This document shows, piece after piece, positions 11,401 to 26,400 of a stretch of 64,000 bases of DNA (positions within the stretch are counted from its first letter, which is position 1; every line of letters begins with the position of its first letter). Below the pieces are notes generated by a model. It had not been told where the DNA came from. It saw nothing but the letters and a program-made list of their open reading frames with translations, and did not search any database. The stretch is from Ruditapes philippinarum (lineage: Eukaryota), in assembly GCF_026571515.1 (NCBI RefSeq), contig NW_026855774.1:124001-188000 (forward strand), given 5' to 3'. The position numbers and the translations under genes were made by a program.

Positions 11401-14400
11401 TTTTCATATTCTATTGACATATGGCTTTGAAACAAGTTGAAATTTTATACTCTTCTTTGAGAGCATAATAGGACTCTCTTCAAGGCCTATAACTGTAACA
11501 TGGTTTTAAAAAAAAAATTGCCCTTTTGTTAACTTAAAATTTTTTACATTATCAAGGCTTTTTTACTGTCAAGCACTAAGAATAGTCCTACCGACAGCTC
11601 TTGTTATGATTTACATATACTGTGAACAAATATTTTCAGTACATATCTTACATATTCTTCGATGTTTGAAAATTGTTTTAGAAATTTAATTATATACATA
11701 TATAAAATTTCACTTAAGTGTGGTAACAACCTTGCACGCCCATATGGTCTCTTTCCGGTGGTGAGGGTAAACAAACCCAAACACACACACTAGTAACAAC
11801 GTGAATTACAATATACAGGATTTTATTATAAAATAAGACTGAAAATGTTGTTCATACATGTATATCAATCTAATTTCACACACAATTTACATGTATTGCA
11901 AAAACTATATGTATGTCTTTGGAATTACACATTTAAAATTCAAAAAGAAGTGTTTTAAAAAATGTTTTTCAACATGCAATACAGGTTTATGCCCCACTGC
12001 TGTGTGAGGATGGAAAATGGAGCAAGAATATAGATCCAAAGTTACAGAGTCTTCTAGGAGAACTTGAGGCTGGACTTGGCAGTGCTTTAAGGAAACAGGA
12101 TCCAACATTCAGGGGAAAAGATGGAGGAGAGGAAAACCTAGGAAGTATGAGCAATATTTTAAATTTTATCAAATCTTTTAATTGCAGTTAGAAAGTATCT
12201 CTGCAATTTATCTTTAGCTTTAATATGGTCAATTTCTTAGTCAGATGGTACACAGTTCTGACTTTTGCTCATTCATGTGCTGATACCATTTGCCCCTCAT
12301 TGCTGCAGGTTTTAGTTCTGCTCGGGTTGTTAAGTAAACTGTCAAGCTAGGTACTGCAGGTGTAAAGTTGCTGATGTTTCTTGGTTTCATTTTCAACAAG
12401 ATTATGTGTTTGTATTCTTAACTTGTCAGATAGTTTTGATTTAATGTTAATAGAACAATACAAGTACAAGCACAGTTTGTAATGCTAACCATCATTATAT
12501 ATTAATTGATTCTTTTTTCACTGTTCTTTAGTTAAATTTTAATAAATAATTTGGATATTATTAAAATAATATTGTAAACAACCATTATGTGTAATTTGAT
12601 AAACTATTATACATGTATTAGCTTCAATTATTGTGTCGCCTCTACGGAGTAGTGGCGACATATAGGGATCACTTCTCCGTCGTCTGTCTGTCCGTCCGTC
12701 CGTCACAAAACTTGTCCAGACTACTCCTCATAAACTACTGGTGCAATTTCATCCAAACTTTACAGGAATGATCAGTACCAAGTCTAGTTGTGCATATTGT
12801 CAGCATTTTCCGGTTCAATGATTTTTGTCAGAGTTATGGCCCTTTAATAATTTTTAGCTCACCTGTCACAAAGTCGTCCGTCCGTCCGTCCGTCCGTAAA
12901 CTTTTACTTTAAATGACATCTCCTCATAAACCACTAAGCCAATTTCATCCAAACTTCACAGGAATGTTCCTTTGGTGGTCACCTTTAAAAATTGTTCAAA
13001 GAATTTAATTCCATGCAAAACTCTGGTTGCCATGGCAACCGAAAGAAAAAACTTTAAATATCTTCTTTTAAAAAACCATAAGAGCTAGAGCTAAGATATT
13101 TAGCATGAAACATGTTCTAATGGGTGTCTACCAAGTTTGTTCAAATAAAAGCCGTGGGGTCAAAATTGGCCCCGCCCCGGGGGGTCATTGATTTTCCCTA
13201 TATGCATATAGTAAAAACTTAAAAAATCTTCTTTTAAAGAACCCAAAGAGCTAGAGCTAAGATATTTAGCATGAAACATGTTCTAATGGGTGTCTACCAA
13301 GTTTGTTCAAATAAAAGCCTTGGGGTGAAAATTGGCCCCGCCCTGGGGGTCATTGATTTTCCCTTTATGCATATAGTAAAAACTTAAAAAATCTTCTTTT
13401 AAAGAACTCAAAGAGCTAGAGCTTAGATATTTGGCATGAAACATCTTCTAATGAGTGTCTACCAAGTTTGTTCAAATAAAAGCCCTGGGGTCAAAATTGG
13501 CCCGGCCCCGGGGGGTCATTGATTTTCCTTATATGCATATAGTAAAAACTTAAAAAATCTTCTTTTAAAGAACACAAAGAGCTAGAGCTAAGATATTTAG
13601 CATGAAACATGTTCTAATGGGTGTCTACCAAGTTTGTTCAAATAAAAGCCCTGGGGTGAAAATTGGCCCCGCCCCGGGGGTCATTGATTTTCCCTATATG
13701 CATATAGTAAAAACTTAAAAATCTTCTTTTAAAGAACTCATAGAGCTAGAGCTTAGATATTTGGCATGAAACATCTTCTAGTGTGTGTCTACCAAGTTTG
13801 TTCAAATAAAAGCCCTGGGGTCAAAATTGGCCCCGCCCCGGGGGGTCATTGATTTTTCCTATATGCATATAGTAAAAACTTAAAAAATCTTCTTTTAAAG
13901 AACCCAAAGAGCTAGAGCTAAGATATTTAGCATGAAACATGTTCTAATGGGTGTCTACCAAGTTTGTTCAAATAAAAGCCGTGGTGTGAAAATTGGCCCC
14001 GCCCTGGGGGGTCATTGATTTTCCCTATATGCATATAGTAAAAACTTAAAAAATCTTCTTTTAAAGAACTCAAAGAGCTATGGCTAAGATATTGAGCATT
14101 AAACATGTTCTAATAGGTGTCTACCAAGTTTGTTCAGATACAAGCCCTGGGGTCAAAATTGGCCCCGCCCCGGGGGTCATTGATTTTCTTTATATGTGTT
14201 TAGCATTAAAGCTTTAAATCTTCTTTGAAAAAACCCAAATAGCTAGAGTTTAGATATTAAGCATGAAACATCTTCTAGTAAGTGTCTACAAAGGTTATTC
14301 AAATAAAAGCCCTGGCGTCAAAACTGGCCCGGCCCCAGGGGTGTCATTGTTTTTAACTATATGTGTATAGTAAAAACTTAAAAAAAAATCTTTTAAAAAG

Positions 14401-17400
14401 CCCAATGAACTAGAGCTTAAATGTTTAGCATGAAACATCTTCTTATGGGTGTCTACCAAGTTTGTGCAAATAAAAGCCCTTACGTTAAATTGGCTCTGCA
14501 ACGTTGGGGGGGGGGGGTTGGGGGGGGCCTATATACAGGTGAGCGACCTCAGGGCCATCATGGCCCTCTTGTTAATTTTAAAGTTTGTCCGGACTACTTC
14601 TCTTATACCACTAATGCAATTTCAATGAAACTTTACAGGATTGATCTGTAGCTCAAGTCCCTGCGCATATTGCGCGGGTTTTACGGTTGAATGATATTTG
14701 GCCGAGTTATGGCCCTTTGATAAAAAGGTGTTTTTTTTCTGTGTGTTGCCAGATACTCATAAACTACTGGTGCAATTTCATCCAAACTTTACAGGAATGA
14801 TCAGTACCAAGTCTTGTTGTGCATATTGTCAGCATTTCCGGTTCAATGATTTTTGTCAAGAGTTATGGCCCTTTAATAATTTTTATTTTTAAAGTTTGTC
14901 GGAACTACTTCTCTTATACCACCTATGCAATTTCAATGAAACTTTACAGGATTGATCTGTAGCTCAAGTCCTTGCGCATATTGCCAGGTTTTCTGGTTGA
15001 ATGATTTTTGGCCGAGTTATGGCCCTTTGATAAAAAGGTGTTTTTTTTCTGTGTGTTGCCAGATACGCAAAAGCTTGTCCAGACTACTCCTCATAAACTA
15101 CTGGTGCAATTTTATCCAAACTTTACAGGAATGATCAGTACCAAGTCTAGTTGTGCACTGTCTGTCTGTCTGTCCGTCTGTCACAAAATTTGTCCCAACA
15201 GAAAATTGGCCATCATGAGGCGACACATGTGATTACTGATCGCTCTTGTATATTGATCAATACATGTTTTTAAATGTAACATTATTACAATATGTATACA
15301 TAAACTTTGGGAGTTAATCTTATTTATATCCCATTCATGCAGGTATATTAACCCCTGTTGATGAGTTTGAATACTGGGCTGACAATGCACGAGTTGGCAA
15401 GGGTGACGCTAGAGAGAGGGCAGAACATTTTGTGGAATTGTTCAAGCCTATATCGAAGGATTATGGAGGACTGGATGCCATGTCTTTACAAGATGCCATG
15501 GAGATTGTGGACATTACACAGGACACACTAGATGATGTGTGGAGACAATCCGAGTTTGATCCCTATCCAGAGAATAGAATGAGACATTTAATGGAGTGTA
15601 TTGGTCAGTGATTTCTGTTACTTGTAGATATTTTACAATGATAGTTACATATATAGTATATTGCATTACAAATGACTTAATATAACAATAAAGGTGATTT
15701 ACATAATATATCCTCGACTACTGTAAATCCGTGACGCTATGCATTCTCCGGCGTAACAAACAATAAAAGGTCAACAAGAAGAAAATATACGTCACTAACC
15801 AGCTAAAAAATTTTATTTCATAATTCTCATGAATATTTCACATGAATAATCTTCAACAAGTGTCAATGTCACCTTTTGTTTATATTTAGTTATTGTTGTG
15901 TGTGTCAACATTTCTTTAGACACTGCTTGTAAAATAAATCATCTGTTATATGTGTTACATGAACAGGTGGTTCTCTTGGTCGTTATGTACAGAGAAAGTT
16001 ATCTGAGGAGAATCTCTGGTCGGGACAGTTTGGCACTATTAAGGAAGCCCTGCGTTCAGGACAACTGATCTGTGAGAGATGGATAGCTTCTTGTGAGACA
16101 TTGACTACTCAGTTCTGGAAACGTTATAACTTACACCCATGGAAGGGTGAGAAATGTTCACCAGAGGGACTGAAAAAACTTGGTGCAAGAATAGAAGAGG
16201 TAGAGATATAATCATCTGGTTAAAAATTTGCCAAGTCAAGTCATGTTATGTTATGCTTGTAGCAATAGATTGTACCTATGTGACCAGTACTGACCAAGAT
16301 CACATCTATGCTGTCAGATCATAATCTGTCAACTATTTAACTTATATTAAAAATGTCCCTGAAAATGATAAATGGTTTGTCCAGGAATCTTTACAAGTTC
16401 ATTTAAGATATTTAGCATTGTAAGGGCAAAAGTCAAAGTGCTATAATCAGTTGATTTATGGCCATTTGTTACTTAAAAAATTCTAAATTTTTAACAAATT
16501 TGCTTTTTTTATGTTGTTTTATAAGACATATTGATACATGTAGGTTTCTTTTAAATAGATATTTAGACAAAGACCAAAAAAGTCATAAAGGAATCTTTTC
16601 ATATTACTTTATTTATAAAAAATTACAAATAATGAAAATAAAAGCTTTTAATTACTAAGAATTATGAAAATAGATACTGGGAGGTGAGATTGCCAGAATT
16701 TAATTAATTTTTACAGATACTTGAGCTACGTACAGTTCATGACCAACAATTAAGGTTAATGACGTCTCAGGAGCAGAAAGAACTAAGAGTAGATGATGCA
16801 TTTACCCCCTTTATGGGCCTCAATCCACTCCAGTATAACCCATACACTGCCCCGCTGTGGGCCGCAGCTGTGAGCCAGTATGAGAGAAGTATGGCTCCAG
16901 CTGAACAGAAAACTGTTGCTAAACTAAGGAGTCAGTTCAGGCAGATGGAGGGGAATTCCCAACAAGTATGTTTGGTGTTATATTTACTGTATTGTTAACC
17001 GGTTTTAAGGTACAAATTAATTTATGAATATTTGAAGATTTGGAAACTTTAATTATTAGCCATTTTTCTGACTTATATAAAGCATAAGATTTTAATGTCA
17101 GTGTTGCTAATAACATTATTTCAGTGTTATTGGATATAAAATATTTTCTCCCTTTCAGTTGTTGAGAGAATTTCAGAGATACAAGTCACTCATCAAGAGG
17201 CCTGGTATAAGTAAAGAAATGGTCGCTGAAAGGTTATTTATTGTTTACAGTTTCATTTGAATATATTTGTACAAGCAAATCTATACTGTGACATATCTTG
17301 GCTAGGTTTTTTCAATATACGGTACATGTATGATAGTAAATGTTTTCATCATGTTGCATTATAGTATAAAGAAAATTGGAGAGAAACAAATCTTTTATGA

Positions 17401-20400
17401 AGACATGTGTATCAATCTTGCTTGATTGTCCCTACCTTTATGGACCTTTCCAGTGTTTACCGATTTATGTAAATTGGCTAACTTGTTATCCAATTGCTAC
17501 ACTGAGATAATACATAGTCACTAGTTGACCTGGTTTGCACAAAAGAACACATGGTTTTGTTTGTGATACTGTTTGTGAGCAGTTGACCTAGCAATGAATG
17601 GAAAAGGTGTGACTAAATGTTCTGCTATGAAAAACCAGAAAGGTCCATTGTAACATCTATCTGAAGAACTTTCAACATCTGTGTAACATTTTATTGTATT
17701 TGAAAAGTAAGAAATATATTATCTAGAAATACAAGTATACAGGATGGATTATTTTAATAAAGATTAAAAATTAGAACTTGTCACTTGGACAGAAAGAATT
17801 TATCCAGGGTGTTATGAATTTGAAGTTCTTTTACATAAATAGTAAAAAATAAGTAGTCAACCGAAAATTCTATAATTCCCCTTGTTATACCGCCTTCTTT
17901 GGGGTACATAAATAAATAACAATAAACAGGAAATTCTTAGTTCTTTTTCTCTAAGTATTGAAATATGGTTGAATTTCATTTAAAATGAATTATTTGTTCA
18001 AGTAATATACATAGTTCTGTTGTGTTTTTATACAGGGAGTCATTGCTTGGTCAGTTAATTGTTCATCAGAAGTCTTTACAACAGAACTTTACTGATGCAA
18101 GTGGTGGTAAGGCTCCCAAAGGAAAGAACTTACCAGAGTTTGTTAACACCATAGTCTATGTTAGACAGATAGAAGCCAAGGTAAGCTGTTTGTGCTGTAA
18201 AAATGATAAAATTAAGAGACAAGTTAACAGATTGTGTATTTTATGTGTTGGAATAGTAAAATGTTTTACATTTAATTTGGATTGTACTTTTTTCTCTTTA
18301 ACTACAAAATAAGTCTGTTTTTGTAGCCACAGTAAGCTTAAAAAGTGGGTATGACAATTGGCTTATATTCCTGTCTATATAATGTAAGTATTCAGTAATG
18401 ATTAATGACATAGTGTGAAAAAATATCCAATACCCCCTACCTAAAAAAAAATAATATAGATTTATAATACAGAATAGGAAAACATTGCCCCATTGTTAAT
18501 GGATATTTCATCACTAAACAAGACACAATTTACTTGGGGGCTACTGCATTTTCTCCCTAAATTTATATTGCAATGTGTGACGGTTAATTTAATTTTATTG
18601 TCATTACTTTTCAGCTTGAGGAGAACATAAAGACTGCGGAAAGTTTACTCAGTGATCTGAGTGGGTTTCAGAGATTCAGGAAGGATGCAACAGAGTTCCT
18701 CGATGAGATGGTCAACTGGAGACAGGAGGCATTTGATGAATGGTCACGTGACATTCAGGCTCTCATTGATGATACCAAAAAACCTCTAAGGTATGCTGAA
18801 ATCTTCCAATATTGTAGTAGTAATGCAGTTTCTGCCAAAATTCAAAATTTGTTTCTAGCATACATAAGATTGTATAATGTATATAAAACTGTCATGACAT
18901 TCAGGAACTTGTTAGATAAATCTAAAGTTAAAATAAACAATAACAACTATCAACTATATGATAGGAATTATAGGATATACATAATTGTTAAAAAAACAGT
19001 TAAGACAAACATGGTTTAGCTTTTATCATGTTAATTTTATGGAGTAGAAACTAAGATATATTATTTCTTCACACTAGACCTTAAAAAAATTGTATTTTTC
19101 AAATTAAAGCATGAAATACTCATAAATTACCAAGTGGTTGATGTACATGTACTGTATAGTGTTATGTGATACAAACTGTTGGGGAGAAATATATATAAAT
19201 GGATTGTTTTGTTTTTTATCTACAGTTTAGAGACTAATGGTAGATTGATGGAGTTGGACACTAAGAGTGGAGAGTTACGAGTGAACTATGGTGATAGATT
19301 GGTGACACTGATGAGGGAAGTAAGGCAGTTGTCTGCTCTTGGATTTGCTGTTCCTGCTAAGATACAACATGTATCTGCCACAGCTCAGAAATTCTACAGA
19401 CATGGATGTATCCTGAAACAGGTATGCCAATTCTTCTCTGACAAGATTAGTTTATCTAATAATTTGAATTTAGAATATAAATTGATAATTTTTGGATTTG
19501 TTTTGATTAATAATCAGCAGTTGCTGGAATAGGGATTTAGATTTAAAACTTCTTGTATGTTTGTTTGTAATGTTTCCAAAGCAGTTTGGGGTAGAAATTT
19601 GTTGAATATAGCATATAATATATGATATTTAAATGTACCGGTAGTATTTAAATTTATTAAACCTCAGTCCTTCAATGTAAAACTCCCATAGGTCTATTAT
19701 GTGTTCTGATTGAATATCACCCTCCAAGGAAATATTCACCCAGGGAGTATTTCTTATATCATCCTTGGGCACATAACTCTTGCATAACATTTGGGTGTAA
19801 GGGAGATAACACCTACATATATCCGTATTTAATATTATACTAGTTAATTCCCTTTGACTAATTTTTCAATTTTTAGTCGCATATTTAAAGAAATGTACAT
19901 GTATGTTGTTTCTCAATGTAGAAATGTATAAAATCATTCTCAAACTGTTTTTGTTCAGTTTATTGTTTTGAGGAAAATTAAATTGTAAAAATGTTGATAT
20001 GTATTCTATTTATTTCCTTGAATGCTTGTAGGGCTTTCGGTTTAATAAAAAAAATTACGCGACTGCGTCTTGAGGTAATACACCAGCTCTTGGGTTGACA
20101 ATATTCTCTATTACCCTTATGGCCATGTGTTAGTTTTATAATATAATATATAGATATAGTATATGATATATTTCAGGTTGCTCATTTCTATAACACTATA
20201 GACCAGCAGATGATACCCAGTCAGAAAACAATGATGCTTGAAGCTGCTTTACAGTTTGAAAAACTTGCAAAGAACCCCAAAACTGGTAAATAAAATAATC
20301 ATTATAAAACATACATGTACATACAGTTTTAGTTGTAGAATATACATCAAAGTTTTTTTTTCGAACATAGTTATAACAGAATTAAATGGTATAGTTTTAT

Positions 20401-23400
20401 GAACTTATAGATAATCAAGTATCTGCTAGCAGTAGTTGGTATTGACATTGATTTAAAGATAGTTACTTCTTCAGTAAACATGTTTAATTTTTGTTATACT
20501 CAGTTATGTGTACATACAGTTATTTTATCTAATTAGTAATTTTTACATGTATAATGGATCCATATTTCAATACAGTGGTAATTTTAAATTGTATAATGAT
20601 AATATTTAATTGTATTAATGTTTGTGTAATATTTTCAGGGGCCAAGGTTAAGGGAGAAGATGTACTTGTGACATGGGATAATCCTGAAGAACTGGAGATA
20701 TATATAAGAAAACTACAAACTTCAGCTGAGAGACTTACAACCATGAATAGAAAACTGAGAAAGTCTCACTTTGATATATCTGAAAAGGTATTAGTATTGT
20801 ATTTCTAAATCTAAAGAAGATATCATTCAGTGAAACTCAAGAAAAACATGTTAAAATATTAGACTCTATAAATTAAGAAGATGTATCATTTATTATATGA
20901 GAGGTCTACTGAATGTTAGTCAGGATGTGCATTTTTTAGCCTAGTTATGCAATAAAAATCATCTGAAGACATTTTATAGAGAACTATACTAAACTTGTGT
21001 CATCAGTCATCATGTATAAATGTTATATGTATAGGTACAGCAACTGATGAGTGTGGATTTGTTAAGACAAGACAAGAAATGGAAGGAGATCTTGACAGAT
21101 ATCAGATACACTATGACTGAAATTACAGCCAAGGTTAGTGCAATATTGTAACTTATACTTTATGTCTATTCTATATGTCAGAATAAAGCCTGTTTATGCA
21201 AGATATCAGATGCCAATATATCAGATGTAGGACTTTTAGCTCTTTTAAACTTAATGAAATATTTGCTGTACAAGTTATGTCATGTTGAAAGAGGAAGCAG
21301 GAATTTGAATATTCTGTTTTATAGACTTTACAATATCTTAGCTGACAAGAAATGTTCATCAGTCGTTAAGTCTGTAAACTTAACAATATACTGAGTTAGT
21401 CTTGGTAGACATGAGTAACAGTAAAACATTTATAAATTTTGTAGCAAAACATCCCTCCAGAACATATGGCGCCATGGAAGTCTCATTGGGATAGACAGCT
21501 GTACAAAGCCCTAGAGTTCCAGTATAAGATGGGGCTTGAATCCCTTAATGAAAACCTGCCCGAGATCAGAGTAGATCTTACATACAGGTAATTTTTATTC
21601 TCTTGAAAAAAAAGTGAGTTAGAAAACAGACTATTTTAATATTCAAATCATAAGGGTATTTTTTATGTTAAATAATATAATATTTGCCGATGACAGTTTT
21701 TGATATGTATGATTTTTTGTCATTTTATAGCAATAATCACATTAAAATGAAGTTTGTTAGAGGGTGGGTTCATACCATGCTTTAGTTTTAATTGTTTCAC
21801 TTAAATATTTTCTGGAAATTTACAAATTAGGTTACTTCAGTGTTAGATTTAGTTGATATCATGAATTGTAGAATAATAATAAAATTTATGAACAGTAAGT
21901 GTTAAGTTATTTATATTGCTGCTGAAAATTGTTACTACTGCAAGTTTTATTTGGAAAAATACTCTCTTGTTACTTTTAACAAATTCTTAACTGTAAATTT
22001 AAATTAAAAAAGGTAAAATTACATGTACCATCAATTTGATATTGAAGTAAACACTATTACAAGATATTACTGTATGTTTGTTCACTGTTATTGTATTTTG
22101 GTTTATTTTAGTTTACTGAATGGTTATCAACATGCTATCAAGATTTTTCAGTTGATTTTGTATAACTTTTAATACTTATAAAAAGATCATTATATATGTG
22201 GAATGAAAGGTTTAATTTACTTTAGAGACTATAATATGTTGTAAGAGTGTAGAGATGATTTTTCTTTATATTCAGTCTGCTCATTATTATGTTTATAGAT
22301 CATAGATCTGTGAATTCAATTATTTAATTAATCAATTTACAGGCAGAGACATCTTCAGTTTAATCCAGCTTTTGAAGAGGTCAAGGCAAAATACTTCCGT
22401 GAGTTGAAGAAATTTATTGCCATTCCAAACATGTTTCGTGGAGTGGGAGATGGGTCAGAGAGGACAATTTTTTCAGCCATTATAGACAGGAATGCTGAGG
22501 GATTTATTGGCTGTTACCAGAAGGGGGAGGCTCTCTTCACAAGACTTAGTAGGGTGCTGGAAAAGTTCAAGGTTTGATTGATTACTGTTTTGAAGGCTAA
22601 ATTGTAGCGTTTTTTTTTATTAAAGAAATGACAAACTTAAATTGATTATCATAGAATTATCTATAAACAAATATTTCTTTTTAAAAAGGGAAAAAACAAA
22701 AAGTTGGTAGTAAATTTACTATGAAATACTTGATTATAACAGGAATGGGTAGTTCTAGGATCTGTTGGCTTAGATGAGTTTATAGATGAGAACTTGAAGG
22801 ACCTGTCAGACTGGGAGAGAAACTTCAAGGCTCTTAAAATGAGAGGCAAGAATGCTGAAAAATTGCCAAAGTAAGTTTATGTGCATTTATACATCACATT
22901 TAAATATGACATTTAGAATAGGTTATATCTTGTAATGCTAATATAATGCTATAGGATTTGAGATCTTTGTTATTTACCTAATGTACAAGTAGTTAATGAG
23001 ATCCTGTATTTTTATTGAAATCAAGTTGAGATATAATAATTTACTAGATGATAAATTTACTGTGTTATTTTACAGTGAGATCAAGGTAGACTGTATTGTA
23101 GTAAACACTATGCCAGTGAAGGCAGTGATAGATGACCATATACAGAGATTGTTTGATGCTTTGATGAACTCATTAAGGAAAGCTATCAGCAAGGAGGTAA
23201 CAGAGATAGAATCTTTCCTCAACATGTCCATGGAGACATTGTCAAAACGTCCACAAACTACTGAAGAGATTGGTGAGGCTAATGCTAAACATGCTGAGTT
23301 TGCCAAAACTAAGAAACAGGTTAGTCAAATTAGCAAATTGTTATTCCATTAAGTTTATTTTATTAAATGAGATATTGATTTAGAATTTTTTAATGCAACT

Positions 23401-26400
23401 TGAAAATTGTAATGATAAAATTTGTTTGATACATGTTAAATGCTAAAACTTTATCAGTTTAAAGACATAAATTCAAGTTTTCATGTGAATTAATATCAAC
23501 ATATAAATAAACATATATTTAAAATTATATTTAAAATTATTTCCCATATTTTATTTTTTGTTGTTTTACAAAGAAAAGGTTATATGAGAAAATTCCTTTT
23601 ACATAACAGATCAAGCCATTGTTTGATAAAGCAGAATCCAAGAACAAGTTACTACGTACAGTAGCTGGTGGTGGTGTAGACTCGCTCAATCATCTCCTGG
23701 CTAGATGGGACAAGTTTGAGCTTATGATGGAAAGTCATCAACTTATGGTCAAAGAACAGGTAAAATAAAACAGGCTTGTTTTAATTGGGTTGATATATGT
23801 AGACGTTCTATTTTATTCCAAGAGGGTTTGAAGCCAAGGAAGACAAAACAAATGTAAAATATATAAACATAGTACATTATAGATATGAGGAATTATAATC
23901 TTTTAACTTTACCATCTTTAGAACAATCAGATCAGGACTTACAGATATTGAACCTTTATGGTCATGTGTATATCTATTCTTATTATAATTACTTACATAT
24001 TTAAATACATTTGACACACATATATTTTGAATTATAGTCAACATAAATGTAGTGATTATTTAACAAAAATGCCCTTACATTTATAACACTATCTAAAGTT
24101 TATAGATAATTTTCATGTCAGTATATTTTATAAACAGTGTAGAGAGCAAAATAATTGTCTTTTGATTTAATTTGCCATTGAACAACATAAAACAAAACCC
24201 TGGTATGCTTTTTGGTTTGTCTCTGCTTTGTACCTGAATAAAAAGTATTTAAAGAAATCCCTTCTAGCAGGCTTTATATTTATGGTACAAGTTATATCTT
24301 TCAGGTTGAAGTGATGAAGGGCAATGTAGACTCTAGGGTGAAAGCATTCCAACAAGACATAGACAAGTTTGCTGCTCGCTGGCATCAGTTAAAGCCAGGA
24401 GATGATGCACTAGAGGGTGACAAGGAGAAAACCAAGAAGGCTATAGAGTTAATTAAGGAGAAAAGACAAGAATTCAATGAACTCGAAGAAAACAGGAAGA
24501 AGATTGTGTATGTATTTTATATATATACATACTAGAATGTTTAATAATTTAGTGGATGAAAGCCTTAAGAATAGTGCCGATGGCATGTAGCATAGTTTAT
24601 GTAAACATGTAATACCAGATGATAGCAGTATTACAGTATTATAAATTGACATATTTAAACCCTTAACAAGAAAGTATGGCTTTAAACTAAAGCATTTAAA
24701 TTTAAGATGTGTCTACAAATTAATATTTCAGTTTAACAATCCTTTGAAAATTATGTAACCTTGTGTAACAATATGTTTGTCTTACAATGTATTTTGATAC
24801 ACTTTAGAAATTAAATTGTTTGTTACTTTTTTTTAATAAAAAAGTCTTGAAATATTGTTTTTGTCAAAAACGTCCAACAATGTACTATAAATTTCATTCA
24901 ACAACTGTAATAAAACAAAAAGAAGAAAATAAAACGATTTAAAACCTCATTTCACACATTCATGTATTATGTTTTCAGGACTGATCTGGAACATTTTGAG
25001 ATGACAGTACCAACCTTTGAGCTTGCTGAAGAGATCAATAAAGATCTGTCTGAGTTTGAGGCCATGTGGTTCCTACTGGAAGAGTTCAACAGTGGCCTAC
25101 AGGAGCTTGCAAAGGAAGATTGGATCTCATTTAGGTATGTTTTTGTTTGGTTTTAAATTTTGAATAGGAAAATCACATAAGACAGTAACAACAAAAGTCA
25201 ACAACTGTGTTAGTATTGTTTACATAACAGGAGTCAGAATGTAAATATTTGAAGAGTTCCTTATATTTGTATTATTTATATAGCAGGAGTAAGACATACA
25301 TGTTTGAAGAGTTCCTTATACTTGTATTATTTATATAACAGGAGTAAGACATACATGTTTGAAGAGTTCCTCAGTGGATGGTATGAGAAGTTGAAGGAAA
25401 GGGAGGCCACCACTATGACTGTCAGATTACATAAAGACATTGAAACATACAAGGTATCATTTTAGTTTATAACCTGTACTACAATGATGACTTTTCATTC
25501 AGATTCAAATTGATTAATGTGATATCTATTTATAGAAGTTTTTCAATAGCTTAAAATTAACTATGCTTAAAAGTTTTTCAATTTTAGCATAATTATTGAA
25601 AAAAACAACATATTTATACTGTATACAAGGAAATATTAAAGCTAATACAATTAAAGTTGTAAACAAAAACAAAAAAACAATATTTTTTACTAAAGAGTAC
25701 AAAAATCCTAAATCTAAGTAGATGGTTATATTAAACACTTCCATACATTGTATTAAGCCTATTTCCATACATTGTCATGTTTTTTTTACTGTAGAATGTA
25801 ATGCCAGTGTTGAAGTGGGTAAGGGGTGAGCCACTGTCGCAGGATCACTGGCTGGAGTTGTTCAGGATGTTGAAGATGCCACGTGGTACAACACTTGAGA
25901 AGCTGACATTTGGCCACGTTCTCAATGCCAGTGATAATATCATAACAAATGCTGATGCACTCAAGGTTATTTTGTGATTCTTAACTTAAAGATATAGTCA
26001 TGTGATTAGTATTGTTTACTATTAATGAATCTTTTATTTCTGTTTTGCGCATCAGTTATATGTTGCAGAGTTCATTTTAATGAGCATATTTCCTTCTGTA
26101 AAAAATGAGACTGATTAATATGAAATGCACTTTCAATTCTTGTATGTAAGCAGTTTTAACTATATAAAAAAGGGACTGAATTAAGTGAAATATGTCCAAT
26201 CATAGTTTATTGTTGCAGATGTATCAGGATTTATTTCTGTATTGTTCAATATATATAGTGCATTATATAGTGTTTTGTTTTACTTATTTTTGTAATGAAA
26301 CAAAATTAAGTTACATGAATGCTTACATTTTGGAGCTGAATATATGATATACATATACTAATGACTGGTTTAATGATATTAATTTGCTATTTTCTGTGGT

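Larger units (their letters stand above)
12629..15250 (+). mobile_element. HINE-like element family C, interrupted by a family D element
   Basis: Subterminal IR tgtgtcgcctc (12632) / gaggcgacaca (15217), internal ggcgaca IR, (gtcc)n tract, repeated core, 3' ctcttgt. Confidence 0.8.

Noticed and set aside
12854-14573. CRISPR-like array
   Set aside because: Head-to-tail units with no unique spacers, in a eukaryotic intron; the same applies to the other arrays.
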